Source: Mobula hypostoma
Lineage: Eukaryota
Reading direction: 5' to 3'
Length of the DNA stretch: 64,000 nucleotides
NCBI RefSeq assembly: GCF_963921235.1
Contig: NC_086097.1
Span: 123,754,001 to 123,818,000, forward strand
The notes beneath the pieces were generated by a model that saw only the letters and a program-made list of their open reading frames with translations, was not told the origin of the DNA and made no database searches. Shown in pieces: positions 49,660 through 63,709 of this stretch. Each line of letters starts with the position of its first letter. The stretch's first letter is position 1. Position numbers and translations under genes: made by a program.

Positions 49660-50365
49660 TCAAAGTCAAAGTAACTTTATTATCTAAGTACATATTTGTC
49701 ATCATATATTAGGTTGAGATTCATTTTCTTGCAGGAATTTACAGGAAGATAAAGAAATACAATATAATTTATTAAGTACTATACATAAACTAAGACTGAC
49801 AAACAACCAATGTGCAAAAGAATACAAACCATGCAAATAATAAAAAATAGTAAATAAATAATACTGTGAGCATGAGTTGTAAAATAATTGAAAGCGGCTG
49901 TGGGTTGTCTAATCAGTTCAGAGTGAGGTGGATAAAGTTACCTATGCCAGTTCAGGAGTCTGATGGTTGTGGGGCAATAACTGTTCCTGTACCTGGTGTG
50001 TGGAACTTAAGGCTCCTGTACCTGTGCCCCATGGTAGTAGTGAGACGAGAGCTTGGCCTGGATGATGGGGGTCCTTGATGACGGATACTGTTTTCTTATG
50101 GCAGCACTCCATGTAGATGTGGTCAATGATGGGGAGAGCTTTGCCTGTGGTGGGCTGAGCTGTATCTACCATTTTTTGTAGACTGGGCATTGGTGTTTTC
50201 ATGCCAGGCGGTGATGGGATATCTCCACTGTGCATCTATAGAAGTTTGTCAAAGTTTTAATTGGTATACCAAATCTATGCAAGAAAGTAGAGTTGCTGCC
50301 ATACCACCTTTGTGATGGCACTTAAGTGCTGGTCCCAGGAGAGATCCTTTGATATGATATGCTAA
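49660..50365 (-). mobile_element. Rex1/Babar-type LINE 3' fragment
   Basis: ORF 49942-50235 contains LQKMVDTAQ..IKDPHHPG, and the 3' UTR is shared with other copies. Confidence 0.75.
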
Positions 50366-50639
50366 AGATTCACTCAGACATTGCCACCACAGTCTAAAAT
50401 TCAACAATGTCAGCTTGTCACCTTTGTATCTATTGTTTTAATGCTCTTCCAGTCAATTATTCACTCTCTCTAAACTTAAGCTTATCCAAATCTTCCCTGT
50501 ATACTTTCCTTCTGTATGTAGTGACCAACATTAATATCTAGTCATCTGCAGACTCAGATTTAAAATGTTAGCCCATATCTTTCTATCTCAGTGGTATCCT
50601 CATATCCTAAATAACACACAGATGCTATTAATTGGTGGT

Positions 50640-50945
50640 GGGGGAAATGGCATGGTAGTGTAGTACACAAAAGGTTTACAGCACCAGTGATCACCTATCA
50701 GAGTTCAATTCCACCTTGGTCTCTAAGGAGTTTGTACATTTTCCCCGTGACCATGTGGGTCTTCTCTGGGTGCTCCATTTTCCTCCCACAGTCCAAAGGC
50801 ATCCAGTTTGGGTTAGAGAGTTGTGGGCCCATGATGACATTGACGGGCTTCACCCAGCACAATCCTCAGACCGTGTTGGTTGTTGATGCGCTTCACTGTC
50901 TCTTTCGATGTTTCAATGTACATGTGACAAATAAAGCCAATTCAT
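50640..50945 (+). mobile_element. tRNA-derived SINE (V-SINE/HE1-like)
   Basis: ggagtttgtacattttccccgtgaccatgtgggtcttctctgggtgctcc..ttcctcccacagtccaaag central domain, with a B-box-like gagttcaattcc. Confidence 0.7.
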
Positions 50946-51074
50946 AAATGAACTCCCCATATCTCTTACCACTCTTCCTTATATATATATGTTGCTGATA
51001 CATACTCACCTCCATTTCCTATCTGCTTCCTTCTTACCTGTTCAGATATAGTACATATCTTCTCAGAGAAACAT

Positions 51075-51430
51075 CACCTTGTCCTGGTGGAGAAGATTAT
51101 GAGTTCCTGAGAGCAATGCTATATGGAGCTTATCTCCTGGTGGGGTCACCCATAGTGGTAAGGTCAAGGCTGAGGTTCCAGACAAAGAGCAATGCGACCA
51201 AGTACTCAACCTTGGAGCTGGCGGAAGATGATGACACGTCACGAAGGCAGTGAAGGTGGAGGAAGGCTGCAGTAGTGAATGGTCTCCAGTCAGCTTGCAT
51301 TCTATGCCACTGGACGCTGACCCTGAACTGCCAAGGACTATGTAGTGGCATCAGCCACTCCACATTAAACAAAGTCACGCACAATCCATTAAGGGAACAA
51401 CCTCTTTCAAGAACATCAAACTTGACTCGA
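51075..51430 (+). mobile_element. RTE-type LINE 5' region or derived SINE
   Basis: ctcctggtggggtcacccatagtggtaaggtc..ccagacaaagagc resembles fish RTE 5' UTRs. Confidence 0.5.
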
Positions 51431-51574
51431 GTATTGTACATGTAATTAAAATAGATTCAGTTATTCCTCAAAGAAGCTCCTTCTAGTTTGATAATTTATA
51501 TAAAATTCTGCATATTCCAGTTAACTAATTAACTATTCCAGTTAACAGTTATTCTAGGTAACTAATCAGTAAAC

Positions 51575-52615
51575 TGCAAGACCTGAGCCTCAATACCTCC
51601 TTGTCCAAATAGATCTAGATTTCCTTTCTTGTACGCCCTAGTCAGTTCACATGGGCAAAGGCGTCTCCTCCACAGTCTCCCACAGCACAGGAGCATCACA
51701 GGGATGTGTGCTTAGCACCCTACTCTACTTGCTTTACACCTATGACTGTGTGGCTAACTCCAACACCGTATAAAAGTTTGCTGATGACACCACTGCTGTG
51801 GGCTGTATCAAAGTTAGTGACGAATCAGCTTACAAAAAGGAGATGGAAAATTTGGCTGAGTGGTGTAATGACAACAATCTCTCACTCGATATCAGTAGGA
51901 CCAAGGGACTGATCGTAGACTTCTGTAGAGGTAAACCAGAGGTCCATTAGCCAGTACTCATTGTGGGATCAGAGGTGGAGAGAGTCAGTAATTTTAAATT
52001 CCTGGGTGTCACGATCTCAGGGGACCTGACTTGGACCCATCATATAAATATTATTGTGAAGAAAGCACAGCAGTGCCTGTACTTTCTCAGGAGTCTGCGG
52101 AGATATGGCACGTCATCAGAAACCTTGGCAAATTTCTGTAGTTGTGTGTGGAAAGTGTGCTGACTGGCAGCACTGCAATGCCTTTGAGCAGAAAACCCTA
52201 CAAAAACTAGTAGGTTCTGTCCAGTACATCGGGGATAAAACACCCCCAACCTTCGAGCATATCTATATATAACATTGCGGTAGAAAAGCAACATCCATCA
52301 TCGAAGATCCTTACCACACAGGTCATGCTCTATTCTCGCTTCTGCCGGGTAGAAGGCACAAGTGCCTCAGGACTTGTACCACCAGGTTCAGGAACAGTTA
52401 CTACCCCTCAACCAATGGTCTCACTTTAAGAACTCTTTATCTTGTTATTTCATGCTTGTTATTTATTGCTATTTATTTATATCTGCATTTACACAGTTTG
52501 TTGTCCATTGGTCCTGTTTACAGTCACTGTTGACTGTTGCTAAGTATCCCTGCAGAAGAATCTCAGGATTGTATGTGGTGACGTGTATACACTCTGATAA
52601 TAAATTTACTTGAAC
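51575..52615 (+). mobile_element. Rex1/Babar-type LINE 3' part
   Basis: KFADDT and VERVSNFKFLGV..KKAQQCLYFLRSL (ORF 51963-52163), followed by the 3' UTR. Confidence 0.85.
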
Positions 52616-52729
52616 TAGAACTTAACTGTTCAAGTCATTTTACCTGTGGTATGCAGTGCAGAGCAAACTGTAGTACACCAGCCTTTAGTGAAATTGGCAA
52701 CTCATTTTCATTATTTTCTTGTTTTCCAG

Positions 52730-52783
52730 ACTAAAGGACATTACCCATGGTGTTGCTACTGGTTACAGGGAACAGTTTCACAG
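52730..52783 (+). CDS. TMX3: TMX3 internal exon (exon 12 equivalent), 54 nt
   Basis: ttttccag|...|gttggt. Encodes LKDITHGVATGYREQFHR, versus human LKSIIQEVARDYRDLFHR. Phases fit both neighbouring exons. Confidence 0.9.
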
Positions 52784-52949
52784 GTTGGTTGATAAATGCT
52801 TTGCATATGTAGAAAACTGAAAAGGACACCAAGCTTGAGAGTGGAAATATTGAATCAAATGCCGGCTGAAATTTAATATAGCAAATATAATCTGATGCAT
52901 TTTGGGAAGTAGAATGAGTGATGACATAAGCAATGTAAGACAATATGTC

Positions 52950-53565
52950 ATCGGAGCAGAATTAAACCATTTGGCCCATCGAATATGCTCTGCTATTCCA
53001 TCATGACTGATTCATTATCCTTTTCAATTCCATTCTCCTGCCTTCTCCCCTTAACTATTTACACTCTTACTAAACAAGATCCTACCAACCTCCACTTTAA
53101 ATAGATCTAATGACTTGACCTCCACAGCCATCTGTGACAACAGATTCACAACCCTCTGGCGGAAGAAATTCCTCATCATCTCTGTTCTGAAGTGAAGTCT
53201 TGTATATTGAGGCTATGCCCCCTGATTTTAGATTCCCCCACCATAGGAAGCACCTTCTCTTTATTCACTCTATCTTGGCCTTTCAATATTCGATAGGGTT
53301 CAGTGAGATCACCTAAACTCCAATAAGTACAGGTCCAGAGCCATCAAACCCTCCTCTTACATTAACCTTTTCATTCCCGAGATCATTCTCCTGAACCTCC
53401 TCTGGATCCTTTCCAATGCCAGTATATACTTTCTTAAGTAAGTTTGACCAATGCCTTATAAAGCCTCAGCATTACATCCTGGCTTTTGTATTCTAGTGCT
53501 CTTGAAGTAAATGCTAAAGTTGCATTTGCTGTCCTTATTACTGACTTAACCTTGCAAGTTAACCT
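52950..53565 (-). mobile_element. CR1 LINE 3' fragment
   Basis: Same family as 57590-58300 (gccttataaagcctcagcattacatcc). Confidence 0.8.
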
Positions 53566-53821
53566 GAAAGGACTTCAATTATATGCTTAGAGGGGAGAAA
53601 ATAGGGTTATTCTTTAGAATGCAAAGTACTAGATGGAGAATTCAGATTTATAAAGAATTTTGATGCAAGTTCATGAGGAGAAAATTATTGTATTCCAAAT
53701 AACTTTGTAACCAGTGAACACAAGTTTAAAATAAATAGCACAAAAAACTGAAAGCTTTTTATATGGTGACAGGTATTCTGGAATGAATGACATGAAAAAT
53801 CTATTACTGACTTTCAAAAGA

Positions 53822-53939
53822 GAATAGTATATATTCTTGGGAATGGAAGTTAAGTGAGTTCTGGAGAGAGTATTTGAGGGGATAGTATATATTCTTGGAA
53901 ATGGAAGTTAAGTGAGTTTTGGAGAGAGTATTTGAGGGG
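53822..53939 (+). repeat. Tandem duplication, two ~57-bp units
   Basis: atagtatatattcttgg.aatggaagttaagtgagtt.tggagagagtatttgagggg occurs twice. Confidence 0.9.
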
Positions 53940-54229
53940 GTAGTTCTTTCAAATAATTGGCATGAAAGGCTGAATATATTGAATAATTCTGATTCAATGA
54001 ACACTGGAACCTAATGAAATTTTAATTTCATTTATGGTGGTAGTATACATGTACTTGTTTCTATTTAAAAATCCTGGCACTGAACTCCATTTCCTCTGGA
54101 GATTAGATATAATTAATATTCATTCATTCGGACTACAGAGATATTCAGTTGTGCTGCCATCAATCTCTGTGAATCTGGTTTTAAAAAAATTGAGCAAGTA
54201 AGCAATAATACTGACTGAGGTGGGCTTGC

Positions 54230-54845
54230 CTTATGGTTTCTCCATTTAATACAATCTTTGTGGCCTGTTGGCCAAGGTCGACCATGGATGTTGCATCCAA
54301 GCTGAAGTTTGTACTCAAGCCAGTATGCAAGTCAGGCAGTACGATATGGAGAGCGAGCTGTTGCTCATGGAGCAGGCTCCCCCTCTCCATGCAGCTGATG
54401 AATCCATAGGAACACAGACACCAATAGAGTTTGGCACCAGCAACGTCGCGTGAGTTGCCTGTCAGCTTTCAACTCAACATAGGACTGCCTTGAGGACTCC
54501 AGCTCCAGATTTCCCATCTGGGTTTACTCTGAAAGCTTTTTGAGAGGGGTATAGCTGCAAGGCTGCAGAGATTTGAGATCAAAGTTTTCCTTCTAGATGC
54601 ACTGCCAACCACGGCTGACGAGCCCCATCTGTCTGGTGACTGGTCTTAAGGTGCCAGTAACCTGTCTTTACCCCTTCCCTCTCTGTAGAAATGGTTTTGT
54701 TGGGCTTTGCTAAGCCACACATAAAGGCCAGGAGCTGGACCTGGTTGGCAGAGGCTATCTGAAGATGTACACCATTGAGAGCATTTAATATGTAGTGGGA
54801 GCTTGTCCCGACTACAGTGCTGGCTATGACAACCTTGAGGAACCG
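54230..54845 (-). mobile_element. RTE-related SINE or LINE 5' fragment
   Basis: Motifs gactgccttgaggactccagctcc, gccaaccacggctgacgagcccc and ctatgacaaccttgaggaacc resemble RTE-derived elements. Confidence 0.5.
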
Positions 54846-55519
54846 TGTAGATTAGTTAGACAAAGTGCAATAAGGTTATAATACAGTGTAAATGCTAAAG
54901 CACTAGAAAACTCACAGCAACCATGTCTGCCTTCCCTACAACCATTCACATGTTTTGGTTTATGTGTGAAACCCAGCACTTGGATAGATACAAAAGCTCT
55001 TCCTTGGAAATAATTATGAAGAGATGCAGAGTGACTGCCTTGGAGTTCTGGTCAAAAATTGGCCGTAATTAATGATACGAAAAATTATCACATTGTTCGT
55101 TGCACATTGTGGAATAAAATTTCTGCTTGCTTTCCTACATTATATCAATGACAGCATGTCAAAGTACTTTTCTGGCATCTGGAGGAAACCCACACATTCA
55201 CTGGGAAAATGTATAAACTCCTTACACACAACAGCAGGAATTGAACACCAATCTTCTAATCGATGTTGCTGTGAAGTATTACGCTAACCACTATGCTACC
55301 GTACCAATTAAATGAATAGTGTATGAGCAGGCAAGGCCTTAATTACTTTAACTAGAAGACAGTTTTCCCTTTGACAGTACAACTCCCTATCAGTTTGTTT
55401 CCATTGGAGAAAACTCATCTACATCACCCTCACTGCTAAAATAAGAAACATTTCTTGAAATATAATGAGGTATCTCTAAATCTATTTCCATTAAACATTT
55501 AACTGAAATGTATTAACAG

Positions 55520-55576
55520 GGATTTCCAGTTTGGGTATGTGGATGGAGCTGATTACATCAACAGTGTCATTATGGA
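55520..55576 (+). CDS. TMX3: TMX3 internal exon (exon 13 equivalent), 57 nt
   Basis: aacag|...|gtaagt. Encodes DFQFGYVDGADYINSVIMD, versus human DFQFGHMDGNDYINTLLMD. Confidence 0.95.
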
Positions 55577-57589
55577 GTAAGTGTTATGTTCTTTAAACAT
55601 CTCAAAGTGATATTTGTGAAATTTTAAAAAGTGATGACATTTTTCACATAGTTACACGTTTTAAATTTCAGTTCGTGTTTTCAACAGAAGTTTCTGTATC
55701 TGAAATTTATTGTTGATTGTTGTCTGAGACTTTGTAGTTGTAACTTGAGTGAACCAAGAGAGTGAATCATTTTTAAAAAAGTACTCATTTTGATCAGTAC
55801 ATGAAGTAATGTACCAGTACCTCCAAGTCTTATTGTCAAACTCTCGAAAAGAAAAGGAATTTTAATTTTGTTTAATGTGAATAAAATTACAACTAGTTCA
55901 CCTTTCAATCCTTGGATTTGTTGCAGCTGGGATCAATTGTTTTTCAATCCATATGTGGAGGAAGAGAAGATTTTACAGAGAGAGGGAGAGAAAGAAAGTG
56001 GCTCTTTGACTATATAGAAGAAATGCAGAAATACCAAAGTAGTAGCAACTGAGAAAAATACAATACTAAAACTAGAGATTATGACAACAATGAGTGACAG
56101 CAAGAGAGGAAAAAAGATACCAAATGTTTCTCTTTAGATGAGTTTAAAATACCACAGCTTTTTGGGGGATGAGTGGAGGGGGTGTGGTTTATATGCAGGG
56201 ACTGGTAATGCATTGTGAATAGGGTACTGAGGAAAAAAAATAATTTTTTTTCAGTTTCCAATAATTTATATTTTGGAAGGGTTTATATTTGTGGAAAATG
56301 TTATAATCCTACTATAAAGAGGAATAGCTTTTAACGTGCATATGTTGTGATGACCTGAGGAATAGAGACTATTGTTGAATCTTAAGAGAGTCTACATGAA
56401 GTTCATGTTGCAAATTTACACTGAGAATACTGTCTGCCTCTCCCCTCTTGAAGAGTATTTAACCGCTTCATTAACAAAGTCAAATTAAATTTTAGTGTCA
56501 GAAGGTTATTTTGCAATTGTATAATCGGGCCCTGCCCTCACATGCATATACTGTATGGTTTTAGTGGTATCGCTGGGTAGCAATCGGGAAACAACAATAA
56601 TGGGTTTTTTTCCTAAATCCACCTTAGGAACTGATTCCACAACCTATAGATTCACTTCCAAGGACTCTACAACGCATGTTCTCAGTATTAATTTTTTATT
56701 TGTGCCGTTTATTTAGCTGATTGGTTGCTTGTCAGTCTTTGTGTGTAGTTTTTATTGAAGCCGTTGTATTTCACTGCTCTACTGTGATTTGCTGCAAGAT
56801 AGTGATTCTCAAGATAGTATATGGTGACATAAACATATTTTAATAATAAATTTACGTTGAACTCCATACTCCATACCCCAAAAATGCCGGCATTAAGAAT
56901 AACATCTTTCATACTGGTCAGGTTAATAACATGCCAACTTGGACCTTCCTATCTTAGCTGATTTGGTGCATTACTGAAATGTTTCTAATTACCTTTATTT
57001 AGATTAGATTAGTTTGCTTTGTTTTGTTCATAACATCAATTTCCACAACAGTTCTGTAAACTTTTTACAAAGATTGCCCTCAGTAGTGTGTGCAGGAACC
57101 TAAATTGAACCATTTTGGAATGATTAAATTAGATTAGATTAGCTTGGTCACATGTACATTAAAACATAGAGTGAAATGCTTCATTTTGTATCTGTTCGCC
57201 CTCTTCTTTCCCATGCTGATTTAAAATCTGGCTTTAGCAAGAACTAGTCTATTTTTAATATGGAATGCTATTTAAATATGTAAATTTTATTATCAAAGTA
57301 CATATATGTCCCCACATGCAACCCTGAAATTCATTTTCTTGTAGGAATGCACAGCATATCTATAAAATAGTAACTGTAACAGGATCAATGAAAGTTTTAA
57401 CCAGAGCGCAGAAGACAACAAACTATGCACATGCAAGTATAAATAAGTAGCAATAAATAATGAGATAAGGAGTCCTTGAAAGTGAGATCATTGGTTATGG
57501 AAACATTTCAATGATGGGGCAAGAAAATTTAAGTGTAGTTATCCCCTCTTATTGAAGAGCCTGATGGCTGAGGGCGAGTGAGAAAGACA

Positions 57590-60500
57590 GACCATAAGAC
57601 ATAGAAGCAGAATTAGGCCATCTGATCATGGCTGATCGTTTTTTTTAATCTCCTCCGCAACTCTAGTTCCCAGCCTTCTCCCTGTAACCTTTAATGCCAC
57701 GTCCATCAAGAACCTATCAATCTCTGCCTTAAATACACCCAAGAATCTGGCCTCCACAGCTCCATCGGGCAACAAATTCCTCAAATACACCATCCTTTGG
57801 CTAAAGAAATTTCTCAGCATTTGTTTTGAAAGGGCACTCCTCTATCCTGAGGCTGTGCCCTCTTGTCCTCGACTCTCCCACCATGGGAAACATCCTTTCC
57901 ACATCTGCTCTGTCTAGGCCTTTCAACATTCAAAAGGTTTCAATGAGATCCCCCCCTCATCCATCCTTCTGAATTCCAGCGAGTGCAGACCCAGAGCCAT
58001 CAAATGTTCCTCGTATGATAACCCATTCATTCCTGGAATCATCCTTGTGAACCTCCTCTGGACCCTTTCCAATGCCAGCACATCTTTTCTAAGATGAAGG
58101 GGTGCAAAACTGTTCACAATACTCAAGGTGAGGCCTCACCAGTGCCTTATAAAGCCTCAGCATCACATGCTTGCTCTTGTATTCTGGACCTCTTGAAATG
58201 AATGCTAACATGGCATTTGCCTTCCTCACCACCGACTCAACCTGCAAGTTAACCTTCAGGGTGTTCTGCACAAGGACTCCCAAGTCCCTCTGCATCTCAG
58301 ATTCTTGGATTTCCTCACATTTAGAAAATAGTCTGCACATTTATTTCTGCTACCAAAGTGTATGACCATGCATTGTCCAAATTGTATTTCATTTTCCACT
58401 TTTTTGCTGATTCTCCTAATCTGTCTAAGTCCTTTTGCATTCTAACTGTTTCCTCAACACTACCTGCCCCTCCACCAATCTTCGTATCATTTGCAAACAT
58501 AGCAACAAAGTCATCTATTCCATCATCTAAATCATTTATATACAACATAAAAAGAAGTGGTCCCAACACCGACCCCTGTAGAACACCAGTGCTCACTGGC
58601 AGCCAACCAGAAAAGGATCCTTTTATTCCCACTTGTTGCCTCCTACCAATCAGCCAATGCTCTAACCATGTTAGTACCTTTCCTGTAATACCATGGGCTC
58701 TTGGTAAGCAGCCTCACATGTAGCACCTTGTCAAAGGCCTTCTGAAAGTCCAAATGTACAACATCCACTGCATCTCCTTTATCTATCCTACTTGTAATCT
58801 TCTCAAAGAATTTCAACAGGTTCGTCAGGCAGGATTTTCCCTGAAGGAAACCATGCTGACTTTGTACTATCTTGTCCCGTGTCCCCAAGTACTCCATCAC
58901 CTCATCCTTAACAATTGATTCTAACATCTTCCCAACCACTGAGGTCAGGCTAACTGGTCTATAATTTCCTTTCTGCTGCTTTCCTCCTTTCTTAAAGAGT
59001 GGAGTGACATTTGCAATTTTCCAGTTCTCTGGCACCATGCCAGAGTCCAATGATTTTTGAAAGACCACAATCTCTAAACCTACCTTTCAGAACCCTAGGG
59101 TGCAGTTCCTCTGGTCCAGGTGACTTGTGTACCTTTAGGTCCTTCAGCTTTTTGAGCACCTTCTCTCTTGTAACAGTAACTGCATCCAGTTATCTTCCTT
59201 CACACACTACAACATCAGGCATACTGCTAGTGTCTTCCACAGTGAAAATTGACACAAAATAATCATTTAGTTCATCAGCCATCCCCTTGTCCCCTGTTAT
59301 TATTTCTCCTGCCTCGTTTTATAGTGGTCCTATATCCACTCTCATTTCTCTTTGATTTTTAAGATATTTGAAAAAACTTTTACTATCCACTTTGATATTA
59401 TTTGCTAGCTTGCTTTCATATTTCATCTTTTCCCTTCGAATGATTTTTTAGTTGCTGTCTGTAGATTTTTAAAAACTACTCAATCCTCTATCGTCCCACT
59501 AATTTTTGCTTTGTTACATGCCCTTTCTTTTGCTTTTACAATATCTTTGACTTCCCTTTGTCAGCCATGGTTGTACTATTTTACCATTTGAGTAGTTCTT
59601 CATTTTCAGAATATACCTTTCCTGTACCTTCCCCATTTTTCCCAGAAATGCACACTATTGCTGCTCTGCTGACATCCCTGCCAGCAGCTCCTTCTAATTT
59701 ACTTTGGCCAACTCCTCTCTCATACCACTGTAATTCCCCTTACTCCACTGAAATACTGCTACATCAGACTTTACTTTCTTCCTGTCAAATTTCAAGTTGA
59801 ACACAATTATATTGTGATCACTGGTTCCTAAGGGTTCTTTTACCTTAAGCTCCCTAACTGCCTTCAGTTCATTACATAACACCCAGTCCAGTATAGCTGA
59901 TCCCCTAGTAGGCTCAACGACAAACTGCTCTGAAAAGCCATCTCTTAGACATTCAACAAACTCACGCTCTTGAGATCCATTATCAACCTGATTTTCCCAA
60001 TCGACCTGCATGTTAAAATCTCCCATGACTACGATAACATTGCCCTTTTGACTCACCTTTTCTATTTCCTGGTGTAATCTATGGTCCACATCCCAGCTGC
60101 TGCTGGGAGGCCTGTATATAACTGCCATCAGGGTCTTTTTACCCTTGCAGTTTCTTAACTCAACCCATAAGGATTCAACATCTTCCAATCCTATGTCACA
60201 TCTTTCTACTGATTTGATGCCATTCGTTACCAGTAGAGCCAAACCACCCCATCTGCCTATCTTCCTATCCCTCCAATATAACGTGTAACCTTGGACATTC
60301 AGCTCCCAGCTACAACCATCCTTCAGCCATGATTCATTGATGGCCACAGCATCATACCTGGCAATCCATAATATTGTAAGAAGATCATCCGCCTTATTTC
60401 TTATACTGCGCGCATTTAGATACAACACCTTGAGTACCGTATTTGCTGTCCTTTCTGATTCTGCATCCCTAATGATTTGATACTCTGCCTGTTGGCTGCA

Positions 60501-61640
60501 ACTAAGTCCCATCACCTCCCTGCCCTTCCTGACAGTCTGACTGCACGCTATCTTTATTTTTTTTACCATCCGTCCTATCCTGAGTCCCTTCGCTCCAGAT
60601 CCCAACCCTTGCCAAGTTAGTTTAAACCCTCCCCAACAGCTCTTAACAAACCTGCCCTCGAGAATATTGGTCCCCCCTCAGGTTCAGGTGCAACCCGTCA
60701 CTTTTGAACAAGTCTCCCCCAGAAGAGATCCCAATTATCCAAGAACCTGAAGCCCTGCCCCCTGCACCAACTTCTCAGACACGCATTTATCTACCAAATC
60801 ATCCTGTCTCTACCCTCACTGGCGTGTGGCACAGGCAGCAATCCAGAAATTACTACCCGCAAGGTCCTGTTTCTCAGCTTTCTACCTAGCTCTCTAAATT
60901 CTCTTTTCAGGACCTTATTGGTTTTCCTTCCTATGTCACTGGTACCAACATGTACCAAGACATCTGGCTGCTCCCCCTCCTTCTCCAAAATGTAGTGGAC
61001 ACGATCCGAGACATCCCTGATCCTGGCACCTGGGAGGCAACATACCATCCGGGTGTTGTGTTCACATTCACAGAATCTCCTGTCTGATCCCCTCACTATC
61101 GAGTCCCCTATCACTACCACTCCTTTCTTCTCTCTCTTTCCCTGCTGCACCACAGACTCATGGTCGCCGTGGCATTCTCCTGGGAGGTCTTTCCCCACAA
61201 AAGTATCCAGTATACTTGTTTTGAGGGGAATGGCCACAGAGGTGCTCTGCTCTAACTGCCTGTTTCTATTTCTCCTGTTAGTCACCCAGCTACTCGCCTC
61301 CTGCGACTTCGAGGTGACTACGTCCCTGTAACTTTGATCCTCGTTCTCCCGTACAGGCCAAAGGTCGTCCATTTGCTGCTCCAGATCCCTAACACGGTCT
61401 TCAAGGAGCTGCAGCCGGATGCACTTCACACAGATGTAGTTTCCCTGGGAGACTCTGAGACTCCTGGTTTTCCAACATCCAGCACAAAGAGCACACCACA
61501 GCCATTTAAATGGTACATAAGAGAGGGGGGAAAAAAAACAAGAAGGAAATCTCAACAGACGCTTTACACAGATCTGAAGCCTCCTTTGAGCCAAAACCTG
61601 TCGATTTTACTCCTGACAATGGCCGCTCCACTTATCCCTT
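57590..61640 (-). mobile_element. Near full-length CR1 LINE (ORF1 + ORF2), inactivated
   Basis: ORF1 60791-61594 has a Cys cluster, a leucine zipper and an SGNH esterase (VIGDSIVRG, CCLPGA, VHVGTSD). The endonuclease is at 59694-60605 (YLNARSIRNK, MGDFN, GTSDH) and RT fragments at 57923-59068. The tail is ccataagacatag. Confidence 0.93.
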
Positions 61641-62109
61641 CTGTACTTTTATTTAGTTTGTAGAGCTCTGTTGACGCCACTGATACGCCACATACAATGG
61701 ACAAACACCCTTAAAGCTCCCTTTTTACATAACAGCTGCCGGCCGACCTGTACAGTAACTGTTCTTGAAGCTGGTGGTGCAAGTCCTGAGACTCTTGTCT
61801 CTTCCACCTGATGGCAGCAGTGAGAAAAGAACATGCCCTGTGTGGTGGGGATCTCTGATGATGGATGTGCTTTCCTACGACAGCGTTTCATGTAGATGTG
61901 CTCAATGCTTGGGAGGGCTCTGATCACTATATAAGTAATTACAGTTGTTACCACTAAGTGGAACTATGTATTATTCATATATGTTTATTGCTGGTTATAC
62001 TGACTATCCTTTAAGAATACCCTGAATAGAAATGCAAAGCAGATTTTTGAGATTATTGTTTTGTATTATCCCTTACTATTTGCTTGAAATTCCTTTGTTT
62101 TTCTTTCAG

Positions 62110-62239
62110 TGAGGTGGTTGTTCCCTCTATGGTTGTTCTGAACACCTCAAACCAACAGTACTTTTTACCAGAAACACCAGTTGGGAGCACTGAGGACCTC
62201 ATCAAGTTTATTAATAAGATCATGGAAGGATCAGCAGAA
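62110..62239 (+). CDS. TMX3: TMX3 internal exon (exon 14 equivalent), 130 nt
   Basis: ttctttcag|...|gtaggt. Encodes EVVVPSMVVLNTSNQQYFLPETPVGSTEDLIKFINKIMEGSAE, versus human ELTVPTVVVLNTSNQQYFLLDRQIKNVEDMVQFINNILDGTVE. Confidence 0.97.
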
Positions 62240-62529
62240 GTAGGTTTATCAGTAGTTGGCATTTTTAACAAAAGTCTAATTTTATTTTTGTTTTGATGTT
62301 TTCCCTCTCCCACCTCCTGATTCCACTGAACCACAGATTTATTAACCATCGCAGATTATTGAAGAGAATTTATTATTTGGTTCATTAGAGAAGTGTAAGT
62401 CTGCTAACAGGAGCATCTAAATGCTGAGAATGATAAGAAAAACTACCTTATGAAAGTTCAAATTTAGCCATTTTCTTTGAGGAGGACATCAGCAAATTGT
62501 CCCAGTTTCAGAAGTAAATCTTAAATTCA

Positions 62530-62915
62530 AGAGATTCCGCAGATGCTGGAGGAAGTCAGCAGGTCAGGCAGCCTTTAGGGAGAGTAATAAACAGTTGATG
62601 TTTCGGGCCAAGTCCCTTCATCAGAACTGGAGAAGAAGGGGAAGAAGTCAGAATAAGAAAGTAGGAGGTGGGGAAGGTGTACGAGCTAGCAAGTGATCGG
62701 TGAGACCAGGTGAGGGGGAGGACAGGTGGATGGGGGAGGGGTAATGAAGTGAGAAGCGGGGAGGTGATAGGTGGATAAAAGTAAAAGGCTGAAGAAGAAG
62801 GAATCGGTTAGGAGATGAGAATGGACCATGGGAGAAGGGGGAAGCGGGGCACCAGAGAGAGGCGATGGGCAGGTGAGGAGAGGAGAGCCAGAATGGGGAA
62901 TGGAAAAAGAGAGAA
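62530..62915 (-). mobile_element. Penelope-derived pLTR fragment with degenerate hammerhead
   Basis: gcagatgctgga...gatgtttcgggccaagtcccttcatcagaactgg followed by a purine-rich tract. Confidence 0.7.
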
Positions 62916-63216
62916 CTAAATCTAATTGGCTGTAATAATACAGCTAAATAATAAGTGCACAGGAGCTGCTCCTCATCTGTGAATTCAGCCATTTAGAGAA
63001 GCAAGGATGGTACAGTTGCCCCACAGAACACTTATCACTTCAGTCCTGCAAGCTCCAAATGCCATTACTCTGATTCGATTATTGAGTACATTTGGAAATT
63101 TGTTGTTAAAATTCTTGACCGTTTCCAGCTCTTAAGTGTAGTTTTGAGTTAGTTTCTTTTGCATTTTTGCTTCCTGTTCAACAGTAAATTCATTTATTCC
63201 TTCATTTGATATTCAG

Positions 63217-63285
63217 GCACAGGGAGGAGACAGTTTGTATCATCGTATTAGAAGACTGTTATATGATGGGAAGTCCACAATATTA
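63217..63285 (+). CDS. TMX3: TMX3 internal exon (exon 15 equivalent), 69 nt
   Basis: ttcag|...|gtaagt. Encodes AQGGDSLYHRIRRLLYDGKSTIL, versus human AQGGDSILQRLKRIVFDAKSTIV. The last (TM) exon lies beyond the window. Confidence 0.95.
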
Positions 63286-63709
63286 GTAAGTATTTGCACA
63301 TTTTGTTTCATTTGCAATTAAATTTGTAAATCTAGAATTATCATTATTAGCTAGAAATAAAACTAAAAGACTAATTGAGCATTGCATATATTTACAGTTC
63401 ATTGGGTTAAGATCTTACAAAGCAATTGTTTGGGTCCCATTGCAATTCAAGACAGACCATTTGAAAAATTTCTACTTTACTGTCAAGCTTCCAAACTGCT
63501 TCCAACTTTTTCCTTGCTTTGTAGGTTCCTATAGTTTCATTTTTATCCCCCTCTGATTATCATGCCCTTAAAACCTTTTCTGCACTTAAGCTTTTCCAAA
63601 CTATCCAGGTGTCACTGGTTATATCTTGTTCTCCCATGTAAAACCAACATACTCTCCCATCTTCAGCTTCCTTTTCCCTTCAAGCTGCTTAATTTTGTTG
63701 TATGTCAGA

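Noticed and set aside
48095..53939. Short direct repeats as possible CRISPR-like arrays
   Set aside because: Only two-unit tandem duplications without spacers, in eukaryotic DNA.
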